A stretch of DNA of 64,000 bases from an uncultured cyanobacterium (GTDB lineage Bacteria > Cyanobacteriota > Cyanobacteriia > Cyanobacteriales > CAWUOF01): contig CAVUSO010000001.1 in the NCBI GenBank assembly GCA_963744145.1, positions 5,568,001 through 5,632,000 of the forward strand, given 5' to 3'. Below, piece after piece: positions 10,581-20,304 of the stretch. Numbering within the stretch: the stretch's first letter is position 1; every line of letters starts with the position of its first letter. The position numbers and the translations under genes were made by a program. The notes beneath the pieces were generated by a model, which searched no databases, had not been told where the DNA came from, and was given only the letters and a program-made list of their open reading frames with translations.

Positions 10581-11102
10581 TCAATCATCTTCATCTGGTG
10601 GAGCAGTAAGGATTTCAAATACTAGAGAACCACCAAATTCTTTACGATCATCGATCGCGCCTACTCTGGTGGAAATTTCTTTAGCTTTTTCTACTTCTCC
10701 TAACCGGGCCCAGATTAAACCAGATGCAGCATAAGCATTTAGATAAAGTCGGATTTGGGAATCATCTTTGCGACTGACTAGAATAGGTTGTAGTTGATCC
10801 CATTCTTGGGGTAATTGGGCTAATTTTTGTACTTTAGTTAGAACTGTTTCTGCAATCCGCAATGCTAGCTGGTTATTATGTTTGTAAAAGAAGTAGCGGT
10901 AAGCCGACACTAGCACATCTAGGTTATCCTCTGCTAGTTCTAATGCTTCATTGATGTATTTTTCCGATAATGCAGTATCTTCCCAGTTGTCAATTGCCAG
11001 CTTTAGTAATTCCTTAACTTCCGCTGGAGCTGCATACCAGGATAAGGAGTTGCGATCGCTATCTTCCCTGGGGAAAATATTTTCGTCAGATTGAGATGTC
11101 AT
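10581..11102 (-). CDS. TPR-like helical hypothetical protein
   Basis: Helical-repeat patterns DVLVSAYRYFFYK and YAASGLIWARLGEVEKA. Confidence 0.65.
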   Translation of the reverse strand: MTSQSDENIFPREDSDRNSLSWYAAPAEVKELLKLAIDNWEDTALSEKYINEALELAEDNLDVLVSAYRYFFYKHNNQLALRIAETVLTKVQKLAQLPQEWDQLQPILVSRKDDSQIRLYLNAYAASGLIWARLGEVEKAKEISTRVGAIDDRKEFGGSLVFEILTAPPDEDD

Positions 11103-11247
11103 AAAAAATCCTCATTAATTATCAATCGCTAATTATTATAACCCCCGAATAATTTGAAAACCTAACTATCTGTAGTCCGCATTACTGACCCAGTAAGTTT
11201 GTAGATGTGCAGTGCCAGGTATCGGAAAGATAGAAAGCGTGAAAGGT

Positions 11248-11291
11248 GCGATCGCGTTTTCCCTTAAATTATAATTAGAACTGCCGATCGC
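11248..11291. repeat. 44-bp HIP1-bounded module, copy 1 (copy 2 at 16173-16216)
   Basis: GCGATCGCGTTTTCCCTTAAATTATAATTAGAACTG(C/G)CGATCGC; one mismatch between copies. Confidence 0.9.
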
Positions 11292-11314
11292 ATTGCTATT
11301 TAATAATGATCTTG

Positions 11315-13134
11315 TTTTTGGGAGATATCGGCAAAGAAGGGCGAAGCATTCGGATATAATATTAACGAGTTTGAATCAATAATTATCGCCCGAATGCTTC
11401 GCCCCTACAGGGAATTGAACCGGATTGGATGATAATTTATTTATAGCGAACCTAAATGAAACGTGAACAGAACCCTTCGACAGGCTCAGGGCAAGTTTTG
11501 TCCGGATTCGTAGGGGCAAAGCATTCCGGCAGATCAGTGATGGGATAAATCCAGAAAACTATGACCGGAATGCTTTGCCCTCGGCCAATTATGAATCAAA
11601 CAGATTAACCATAACAGGAATATTGGATTTATCCTAAACGATCGCCCGCTCATCAATTATATATTTTCGATCGCGACCAAGTTATCTTTAAAATTCGCAC
11701 GCTAGGGAATATATGACACAGAAATCTTAGCATGATTGTGAACAATAGGCGATCGCTAATTTATCAGTACAGGATCGCTCAATAGGGATCAGTTAAGATT
11801 TTTTTTGGGAGATATCGGCGAAGAAGGGCGAAGCATTCGGATATAATATTAACGCCCTTCGACTACGCTCAGGGTAAAGGTTTAAGTTATAAATGATCGC
11901 CCGAATGCTTCGCCCCTACAGGGAATTGAACCGAATTGGATGATAATTTATTTATAGCGAACCTAAATGAAACATCAACAGAATTTTGTCCGGATTCGTA
12001 GGGGCAAAGCATTCCGGCAGATCAGTGATGGGATAAATCCAGAAAACTATGACCGGAATGCTTTGCCCTCGGCCAATTATGAATCAAACAGATTAACCAT
12101 AACAGAAATATTGGATTTATCCTAAACGATCGCCCGCTCATCAATCCGATCTTTTCGATCGCGACCAAGTTATCTTTAAAATTCGCACGCTAGGGAATAT
12201 ATGACACAGAAATCTTAGCATGATTGTGAACAATAGGCGATCGCTAATTCATCAGTACAGGATCGCTCAATAGGATTCAGTTAAGATTTTTTTTGGGACA
12301 TATCGGCAAAGAAGGGCGAAGCATTCGGATATAATATTAACGCCCTTCGACTACGCTCAGGGTAAAGGTTTAAGTTATAAATGATCGCCCGAATGCTTCG
12401 CCCCTACAGGGAATTGAACCGGATTGGATGATAACTTATTTATAGCGAACCTAAATAAAACATAAACAGAATTTTCTCCGGATTCGTAGGGGCAAAGCAT
12501 TCCGGCAGATCAGTGATGGGATAAATCCAGAAAACTATGACCGGAATGCTTTGCCCTCGAGCCAATTATGAATCAAACAGATTAACCATAACAGAAATAT
12601 TGGATTTATCCTAAACGATCGCCCGCCCATCAATTCTAGATTTTCGATCGCGACCAAGTTATCTTTAAAATTCGCACGCTAGGGAATATATGACACAGAA
12701 ATCTTAGCATGATTGTGAACAATAGGCGATCGCTAATTCATCAGTACAGGATCGCTCAATAGGATTCAGTTAAGATTTTTTTTGGGACATATCGGCAAAG
12801 AAGGGCGAAGCATTCGGATATAATATTAACGAGTTTGAGTCAATAATTATCGCCCGAATGCTTCGCCCCTACAGGGAATTGAACCGGATTGGATTATAAC
12901 TTATTTATAGCGAACCTAAATAAAACATAAACAGAATTTTCTCCGGATTCGTAGGGGCAAAGCATTCCGGCAGATCAGTGATGGGATAAATCCAGAAAAC
13001 TATGACCGGAATGCTTTGCCCTCGGCCAATTATGAATCAAACAGATTAACCATAACAGAAATATTGGATTTATCCTAAACGATCGCCCGCCCATCAATTC
13101 TAGATTTTCGATCGCGACAAATTATCTTTAAAAT
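11315..13134. repeat. Tandem array of ~488-bp non-coding units (3 full + 1 partial), each with two REP-like hairpin/MITE modules
   Basis: GGGA(G/C)ATATCGGC anchors at 11320, 11807, 12295 and 12784; hairpins GGGCGAAGCATTCGG..CCGAATGCTTCGCCCCTAC and GTAGGGGCAAAGCATTCCGG..CCGGAATGCTTTGCCC in each unit. Confidence 0.95.
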
Positions 13135-13219
13135 ATTAGCCTGCGATCGCACTTAAATCTGAGATATGAGATGATTAAATCCACTAAGACAATTTTCTGA
13201 AAGCTTTATATGTTATAAT

Positions 13220-15305
13220 TCACAAGTCTCGATGCGAGAGAAGAGACAACCAGCACCCCCACCACAATCCTCTCACCCACGTCAACCCTACGCCAACAGC
13301 AAAAGGGGTACGGCCAAACAACAAACGCAGGATAGGGAGATGGCCTTCGGGAGATTTCTCTGAGAAGGTGCAGTCATTGTAGTATATCCATTCGTTTTCT
13401 TTCCTCCATCCGAGGCGATCGCCAAAAGCTTCCCAGATTTTCTGATCATAGTTTCGGGTTCCCCCCAGACTTTGATAGATGCGCTTTTGGACAGAAAAGC
13501 CAAAATGACCTTTACTATAATATACCCAAAGTTGATCAATTGTGCGAAGGTCTTCACAGGGAAAATTATCGATATGTTCGACATCTAGCCAACCTTCTTC
13601 TTGTCGCCCCATGACCTCACACATTTTTGTACCTGTTTCCTGATCAGCTTCTTGCCATTTCCCTGCGGCTAATAAGCTTTCTAAATTGCGGTAATCTATT
13701 CCTTTTGCTGACAGCAATTGAGGAGGACGACTGGTATTAGTGGGCTGTAGTAATGCTAACCAATCTTGCATCGATCGCCATACCTTTTAAAATAGCTTCC
13801 CTGGTGCGATCGCTAATACCTGTTGGTAACAATAAATCAGCATTAAAATACTTCCGCTCTACCGAACCGGTCGGAACTTGTCCAGTTACAGCATAGTAAA
13901 GAGAAGCAGCCAGAGTATAAATATCTACCGTTACCTTACGACTATCTTCATGATGCTCTTGCTGTTCCCAAGGGGAAAAATCTACATTGGCTGAATAGTG
14001 GGAACTCGTACCAGTCGGAATAATTTCGCAAGCAATCCCAAAATCAATTAAAATCGCTTTATTCTGAGCCAAGAGAATATTACCAGGATGAACATCTCGA
14101 TGTAATATACCTGCTTGGTGAACTTGAACTAAAGCAGCACCAATTTGACTAATATAACCGACAGCTTCGCTTTCTGATAAAGGACCTTGCTGTCGCACTA
14201 AATTAAATAAAGTTTCACCGGGAACAAAATCCATTACTAAACAGGGAGTCCCGTTTTCTTTAAAAAAATCAATTACTTGCACAATGGAAGGATGAGCATT
14301 TTGTTGGCAAAATTTCGCGAGAAATTGTCCTTCTCTCGTAAATCTTTTGACAAATTTATCATGGTTCGGATCTAGTTTTTGCACAGCATGAGGTGTTTTT
14401 AACACTACCAACTTATTCAGAACCAAATGTCGTGCTTTGTAGGTAATTCCGAAACCACCTCTTCCCAAAATCCCTTCGATTATATATTCAGGACGATTTT
14501 GTAATTTGTATCCTTGACGCCAAAAAGATGGAGGTTGAGAAGATTGCTTACCTCTACCATCCCAAAAGTGAATTGCTGTGCCAGAGTGGGAAGATATTGG
14601 ACGCTGGGGATAAGTTTTGAATTTCGGATGATGATCAAACTCTCGCGCTACGGCTGCCTCAATTTCATAACTGTTAATATTAAAACCCACATCATAAAAT
14701 TCTGGATTAAGCACTTTTTTCAAAAGATGAGTCAGCACCCCATGACCATCTACATCTAGGGATGATTCCGCATCTCTACAAGATGCAATAATTGAGCGCT
14801 TGATTCCAGGATTGGCTTGTTTAAAAATCTCTTGAGTTGTTAACCTACCACTATGACAACAATCTAACCAGATCATCTGCTCTGTTACCTGACTTTTGGC
14901 TAATTGGGTCACCAACCAGTCAAATTTCACACCCAAAATTTGGTGGTCTTGGCAATTTGTATCACTCCCACAGAGATAGCCAAATTCCTCGTCAAATTCA
15001 GTCTTGACTAAACCGTGTCCTGCAAAAAACAGCAATGCTGTCTGGGTCCCATCTGGTGGTTTCACGAATAGTTCATAGATCGCATTCTGGAGTGTTTTTA
15101 CATGGACAATCCCTTTTTCATCAGCCGTAAATGTGCCATCAGTACAGGTTTCCGGTAGTAGCGTCACCTCAAATCGCCCATAATCTCTCAGAATTTCCGC
15201 GATCGCTTCTGCATCGAGAGGGGCATTTTCTAAATGCTGCGCTTTTCCTTTACCCCTAAAGTTCGGATAACGGTTAATACCGACTACTAATGCTTTTCGC
15301 GTCAT
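13220..15305 (-). pseudogene. Caspase (peptidase C14)-Ser/Thr kinase-GUN4 fusion, frameshifted at ~13771
   Basis: FFAGHG and WLDCCHSG dyad; GRGGFG, HRDVHPGN, DFG; the kinase ends ILKGMAIDA without the usual RP and continues in another frame as MQDWLALL + GUN4 (WQEADQET, FPCEDLRTIDQLW, GHFGFSVQK, GHLP). Confidence 0.85.
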
Positions 15306-15350
15306 TGCTATTGGCTGAATATCGCGTAATATTTGATTTTAATTATATGA

Positions 15351-15487
15351 CAATACGGTTCAGTTAAGATTTTTTTTTGGAAATCTCGGCGAAGAACTGG
15401 GCGAAGCATTCGGATATAAAATTAACGAATTTAAGTGGTAAATTATCGCCCGAATGCTTCGCCCCTACAGTGAAATGAACTGTATTG
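15351..15487. mobile_element. 137-bp MITE with IS4-type ends and 10-bp target-site duplication
   Basis: Ends CAATACGGTTCA / TGAACTGTATTG; AATTATATGA duplicated at 15341-15350 and 15488-15497; internal REP-like hairpin. Confidence 0.9.
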
Positions 15488-15500
15488 AATTATATGACTT

Positions 15501-16115
15501 CTACCGACCTGCGGCAAATATCTGTTCGGCAGTCAAATTTAGATCTGGAAATGTTGGTGAGATCAGGGGTTCTTTTCCCCTAAACTGCTGTGCTTGATAA
15601 GTACCATCGACTAACTGATAAATTGTGACCACAGGTTGTTTAGATGAGCCGATGTAACGTTTTCCTCCCAATCCTAGATAATCTACGATCCAATACTCTA
15701 GAATACCTAATGCTTCGTAGTCTTCCACTTTCCGAGCATAGTCATTTTGCCAATTGGTACTGACCACCTCTACTACCAATTTCACAGATTTACCTAGTGT
15801 AATCACTGGTTCAGTTTTCCACAATGGCTCATTTGCCAAAGCTGTCTGATCCAGAATCACCACATCAGGTCTAAAAGCTGAATTTTGACCTAATGGTTTA
15901 ATTAGGCATTTCATGGGAATAAACCAAGACAAATTCAGCCGTTCAATTGCTACGTTAAGCTTACGATTAATTAACCCTGCTACCTGCTCATGAAGTCCAG
16001 TTGGTTCCAAGTCAATTAGTTCTCCGTCGATTAATTCGTAGTGTACATTATCTAAATAACTAGCAATAAATGCCTCAAAGTTCAGGCTACCTGCATTAAT
16101 AGTGGCTGTAACCAT
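15501..16115 (-). CDS. Uma2-family (DUF820) endonuclease
   Basis: YELIDGEL, RPDVVIL, LVVEVVSTNW..DY..K..DYEALGILEYWIVD. Confidence 0.92.
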   Translation of the reverse strand: MVTATINAGSLNFEAFIASYLDNVHYELIDGELIDLEPTGLHEQVAGLINRKLNVAIERLNLSWFIPMKCLIKPLGQNSAFRPDVVILDQTALANEPLWKTEPVITLGKSVKLVVEVVSTNWQNDYARKVEDYEALGILEYWIVDYLGLGGKRYIGSSKQPVVTIYQLVDGTYQAQQFRGKEPLISPTFPDLNLTAEQIFAAGR

Positions 16116-16283
16116 ATCAGACTTGTCCTTTTACTGTCAAAATTAACATCCTAGACTACTGTCAGATCAGGAGCGATCGCGTTTTCCCTTAAATTATAAT
16201 TAGAACTGGCGATCGCCATGCCATTTCCTAACGACTGGTTTTTCTGAGCTAGATTAACTATAACAGGAATATATTATTTATCC

Positions 16284-16430
16284 TCAGCGATCGCTGCTAT
16301 TTTTTGATAAACCAGCCTCCCTAAAAGTGACAAACTCAATATTAATTAGCTCCAGCCAACCACGCTTAATCAAAATGCCAAGCAGCACAACAGCATAGCC
16401 ATCTAAATTAAAATCAACCAAAAAATTCAC
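16284..16430 (-). pseudogene. Truncated PIN-like (DUF5615-type) toxin, N-terminal 48 aa only
   Basis: GTG overlaps the DUF433 stop; MNFLVDFNLDG..FREAGLSKNSSDR then stop immediately after HIP1 (16287-16294). Confidence 0.7.
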
Positions 16431-16796
16431 GCCCAAACTAAACCACGCTCCTTTTTTTGCTGCTCCAATCTTGCTAAAAGCTCCAATTGTGAAGCAGTGC
16501 GTGGCTTAGTTGCAATTTGCTCAAAATGTTCACGATTTTGATCTTGCCAATATTGATAAATCTCCTCCCGCGTCTTCAATACCTCTTGATATTCAGCCTC
16601 TACCTCAACAGGATGATCCGCAATGTAAACCAAAGCCACATTGATCTCCTCATCCGTCAAATTAAAGCGATCGCGGATCAACTTCGGCGGATAATCAGCC
16701 CTGAGTAAATCCATCACATCATACAAAGAGATCCGAGAACCAGAAATAGTTAGTCCACGCTCAGTCCGAATAATATCTAAGATCTTGATTAGTCAT
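16427..16796 (-). pseudogene. DUF433 antitoxin; ATG at 16796 is out of frame with the body
   Basis: In-frame IIRTERGLTISGSRISLYDVMDLL..LTDEEINVALVYI; 1-nt offset near the 5' end. Confidence 0.75.
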
Positions 16797-17133
16797 CTTA
16801 AGTTAGCTCCTAAATTATTTAAAAGTGATATAACCTAGCAAAACCCAAAAATTCGTTCAACTCTGCCAAAGTCTGCGATCGCTTTGCCCCAAACAAAATA
16901 GCGGATTAACAGCTATTATACCTGAATAAGACCCATTTTACTATCACCTGCACTATGAAAGCAGGGACTACCCCCTATAAATACCGATAAGGAAATGCTG
17001 CAAAAAACCTTTTATCCTCTTTCTCTCTGTGTCCTCTGTGTCTTTGCGGTTCGTTCTAATATAGACTTAAACTTACAACCAAGTATAGTATCATCAGAAC
17101 CAAATTATATCATAGATTTTCATAGCAATCGCA

Positions 17134-18051
17134 ATGACTGAATTTTTCACAACTTACGGGTCATTAATCATCTCAATGGTACTGGGTGCGCTGCTCGGAC
17201 TATCTCTTTACTTACCACTAATGAGTGGACAACTATCCCTAGCTAGTCCTGGATTTTATGCTTTAGGTGGCTATATTGCGGCAATCTTGTCAACTAAAGT
17301 TTTTCAAATTACCAGCGGCTTATTTCCGATTCCATTACTATTAATAGAAATGCTAATTGCTGGAATAGTTTCGGCTCTCTTAGGATTAGCTGTAGGAATT
17401 CCAGCACTGCGATTGCGGGGTATTTATTTAGCGATCGCCACCATAGCATTCGTTAAAGTCATCGAAATTCTCTCTCAAAACTTAGAAATCACAGGAGGTG
17501 CGATCGGGATTTTTGGAATTCCTCAACCTTTTCAAACTCCCCTGGAATATTTGTGGATAGTTTTACCATTATTACTAATTAGCATGATTTTCCTTTATCG
17601 GCTCGAACGAATTAGAGTTGGTCGCGCTTTTATTGCGATTCGGGAAGATGAATTAGCTGCTGATGCTATGGGAATTAATCCTACTTACTATAAGGTATTA
17701 GCTTTCACATTAGGGGCAATTTTAGCAGGAATAGTGGGTGCAGTAAATGCCCATTTTCTCAATACTTGGAATGCACGTCAAGGTACTTTTGATGCTAGTA
17801 TTATTTATTTAGCTTCAGTGTTAATTGGTGGAACAAGAACATTTGTTGGTCCGGTGGTGGGAGGGATGGTATTTACAGCACTACCAGAAATTTTACGCGC
17901 GATCGCAGATATCAATGGTTTACCTTTGTGGTTGACTCAGTTTTTAAAGGATGGACGTTTAATTATTTTTGGATTCTTAATCATTATCGGTACAATCTTT
18001 TTTCCCCAAGGTTTAGTTACACCAGATTTATTGAAAAGAAGAAAAATATGA
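17134..18051 (+). CDS. livM: Branched-chain/neutral amino acid ABC permease
   Basis: [33 protein letters not shown]. Confidence 0.9.
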   Translation: MTEFFTTYGSLIISMVLGALLGLSLYLPLMSGQLSLASPGFYALGGYIAAILSTKVFQITSGLFPIPLLLIEMLIAGIVSALLGLAVGIPALRLRGIYLAIATIAFVKVIEILSQNLEITGGAIGIFGIPQPFQTPLEYLWIVLPLLLISMIFLYRLERIRVGRAFIAIREDELAADAMGINPTYYKVLAFTLGAILAGIVGAVNAHFLNTWNARQGTFDASIIYLASVLIGGTRTFVGPVVGGMVFTALPEILRAIADINGLPLWLTQFLKDGRLIIFGFLIIIGTIFFPQGLVTPDLLKRRKI

Positions 18052-18830
18052 CTGAAGAAAATCTGACATCAGCTTTCCTAGAAGCTAAATCTCTAACTCG
18101 GACTTTTGGCGGTTTAATTGCTGTCAATAATGTATCTTTTACAGTGGATAAACATGAAATATTTGGCTTAATTGGTCCGAATGGTGCGGGTAAAACCACC
18201 TTATTTAATCTGATGACTGGATTAATCCAAACTTCTAGTGGTGAAATGCTCTATCAAGGAGAAAGGATTTCTCAACTTCGTCCCTACCAAATTGCTACTA
18301 AAGGGATTGCTCGCACTTTTCAAAATATTCGGTTATTTGGGGATTTGTCAGCACTAGAAAATGTGATTATTGCTCGTCATGTTCATACCAAAAGCGGACT
18401 AATGACAGGAATTTTAGGATTAAAACCAGCACCGAGTGAAGAACGAAAATCTAGACAAAAAGCTTTGGAATTGTTAGATTTGGTGGGATTAAGCGATCGC
18501 AAATCAGAAAAAGCGAAAAATTTTTCCTATGGAGATCAAAGACGTTTAGAAATAGCTCGTGCTTTAGCTTTAGAACCCCAAGTTTTGTTATTAGATGAAC
18601 CAGCAGCAGGAATGAACCCGAATGAGAAACATCAGTTGAGTGAATTTATTCGCGAAGTGCGTCAAGTATTTAATTTAACAGTAATTTTAATCGAACATCA
18701 TGTACCCTTAGTAATGGGACTGTGCGATCGCATTGCAGTTTTAGATTTTGGTCAGTTAATTGCTTTAGGAAATCCCTCACAAGTTCGCAATGATCCAGCG
18801 GTAATTGAAGCTTATTTAGGAGATGAATAG
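18048..18830 (+). CDS. livG: Branched-chain amino acid ABC ATP-binding protein
   Basis: [38 protein letters not shown] 18048 overlaps the livM stop. Confidence 0.92.
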   Translation: MTEENLTSAFLEAKSLTRTFGGLIAVNNVSFTVDKHEIFGLIGPNGAGKTTLFNLMTGLIQTSSGEMLYQGERISQLRPYQIATKGIARTFQNIRLFGDLSALENVIIARHVHTKSGLMTGILGLKPAPSEERKSRQKALELLDLVGLSDRKSEKAKNFSYGDQRRLEIARALALEPQVLLLDEPAAGMNPNEKHQLSEFIREVRQVFNLTVILIEHHVPLVMGLCDRIAVLDFGQLIALGNPSQVRNDPAVIEAYLGDE

Positions 18831-18901
18831 AAATTTTCCTCAAATGTATCCGATCTAGGGTAAAAATATCTCATGTAGTGTTTAAGCATCAGAGGAATAT
18901 C

Positions 18902-19624
18902 ATGACATCAGCTAAGATCCAATTGCTGGAAATTAGGGGATTATACGTCAACTATGGTGGGATTGAAGCTTTACAAAATGTTAATCTGGTCGTTCATGCT
19001 GGTGAAGTAATTACCCTAATTGGTGCTAATGGAGCTGGTAAAAGTACCACCTTAAGAGCAATTTCTAAAATAGTTAATCCGCGTCAAGGTCAGATCATTT
19101 ATCAAGGTAGAGAAATTACTCGTCGTCAAGCTCATGAAATAGTACGTTTGGGGATTGCTCATAGTCCAGAAGGACGGAGAGTGTTATCTAGACAAACTAT
19201 TTTAGATAATTTATTATTAGGTGCTTATATTCATTCTAACCAGAAAGAAATCAAAGCAGATTTAGAGCGTCAATTTGATCTATTTCCTCGTTTAGCAGAA
19301 CGTCGTCATCAACTTGCTGGTACTCTTAGTGGTGGAGAACAACAAATGTTAGCGATCGCACGAGCTTTAATGAGTCGTCCTCAACTTTTATTATTAGATG
19401 AACCGAGTTTAGGTCTTGCTCCCAATATTGTCCGCGAGATTTTTACCATTATTCAAAATTTGCGGGCGATCGGAGTTACGATTCTGTTAGTGGAACAAAA
19501 TGCTAATTTAGCTTTACAAATAGCCGATCGCGGTTATGTGTTAGAAGCTGGTACGATTACCTTGACTGATCAAGCCTCTGCTTTACTAATTGATGAAAGA
19601 GTTAAACAAGCTTATTTAGGCTAA
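18902..19624 (+). CDS. livF: Branched-chain amino acid ABC ATP-binding protein
   Basis: GANGAGKST, PEGRRV, LSGGEQQMLA, LLDEPSLGLAP. Confidence 0.92.
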   Translation: MTSAKIQLLEIRGLYVNYGGIEALQNVNLVVHAGEVITLIGANGAGKSTTLRAISKIVNPRQGQIIYQGREITRRQAHEIVRLGIAHSPEGRRVLSRQTILDNLLLGAYIHSNQKEIKADLERQFDLFPRLAERRHQLAGTLSGGEQQMLAIARALMSRPQLLLLDEPSLGLAPNIVREIFTIIQNLRAIGVTILLVEQNANLALQIADRGYVLEAGTITLTDQASALLIDERVKQAYLG

Positions 19625-19714
19625 AATTAATTCATCTAATTAATATCAGAATATGTGGTGGTTATGCCCATGACAGTCAGCTCTTTGGGTCAAAGAAGTA
19701 AATGTCCCACAAAT

Positions 19715-19732
19715 TTTACAATTATTTACAAA
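19715..19732 (+). promoter_or_regulatory. HLR1 (RpaB-binding) direct repeat
   Basis: TTTACAAT-TA-TTTACAAA matches (G/T)TTACA(T/A)(T/A)-N2-repeat; ~80 bp upstream of ORF 19813. Confidence 0.6.
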
Positions 19733-19812
19733 TCTTTCCGAGTTTCTACGGATTACCACTCAAGAAAGTCCTTATAAACTCCTCAAAAGTTTTTTAATGA
19801 GGTAAAAAGATT

Positions 19813-20154
19813 ATGCCCGATTATGATAAACCAAGAGGAGAATATGTCGCACCTTGGCAACCAATTGCATGGCCATCCAAGAAAAGAGGAAACGAAAAAC
19901 GACAGCAAATTCTCGCTTATCATCAACAAAACCCTCATGCTACCTTAGAAACCATTGCTAAAGCAGTAAACCTATCTGTTACTCAGGTGAAAAGACACCG
20001 GACTAATTTAGTGATAGAAGGACGTTGGCTTTCGACTTTATTAATTTTCTTCGCGATCGGTCCAATTATAATTACTAGTTTACCAGACCTTGATCCAACT
20101 ATGGAAGAAATTAGCTACCTAGAAAATTGGGAGCCAAGACGACAAACTGCTTAG
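19813..20154 (+). CDS. Small HTH protein with a hydrophobic C-terminal segment
   Basis: QILAYHQQNPHATLETIAKAVNLSVTQVKRH (winged-HTH-like), then LSTLLIFFAIGPIIITSL; GAGGT upstream. Confidence 0.6.
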   Translation: MPDYDKPRGEYVAPWQPIAWPSKKRGNEKRQQILAYHQQNPHATLETIAKAVNLSVTQVKRHRTNLVIEGRWLSTLLIFFAIGPIIITSLPDLDPTMEEISYLENWEPRRQTA

Positions 20155-20160
20155 TTTGCT

Positions 20161-20200
20161 GACATTCTGGATAAATTGTTAATAATTTATCCAGCTTGTC
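20161..20200 (+). terminator. Inverted repeat, probable terminator
   Basis: CTGGATAAATT..AATTTATCCAG directly after the stop codon. Confidence 0.55.
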
Positions 20201-20304
20201 TACTACCATTAAAATAAAAATTTTCTGCCAGAGATTAGGAGTAATAAATGTTAACATCTCTGAGAAAAATTATGACTGAAATGAATTAACAGAAAACTTT
20301 AATT

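Noticed and set aside
11315..13134. CRISPR array
   Set aside because: The period is ~488 bp with near-identical intervening sequence, there are no unique spacers, and no cas genes are present
17020..17056. CTCTGTGTC short tandem repeat as a regulatory element
   Set aside because: A common cyanobacterial intergenic short repeat with no specific evidence of function
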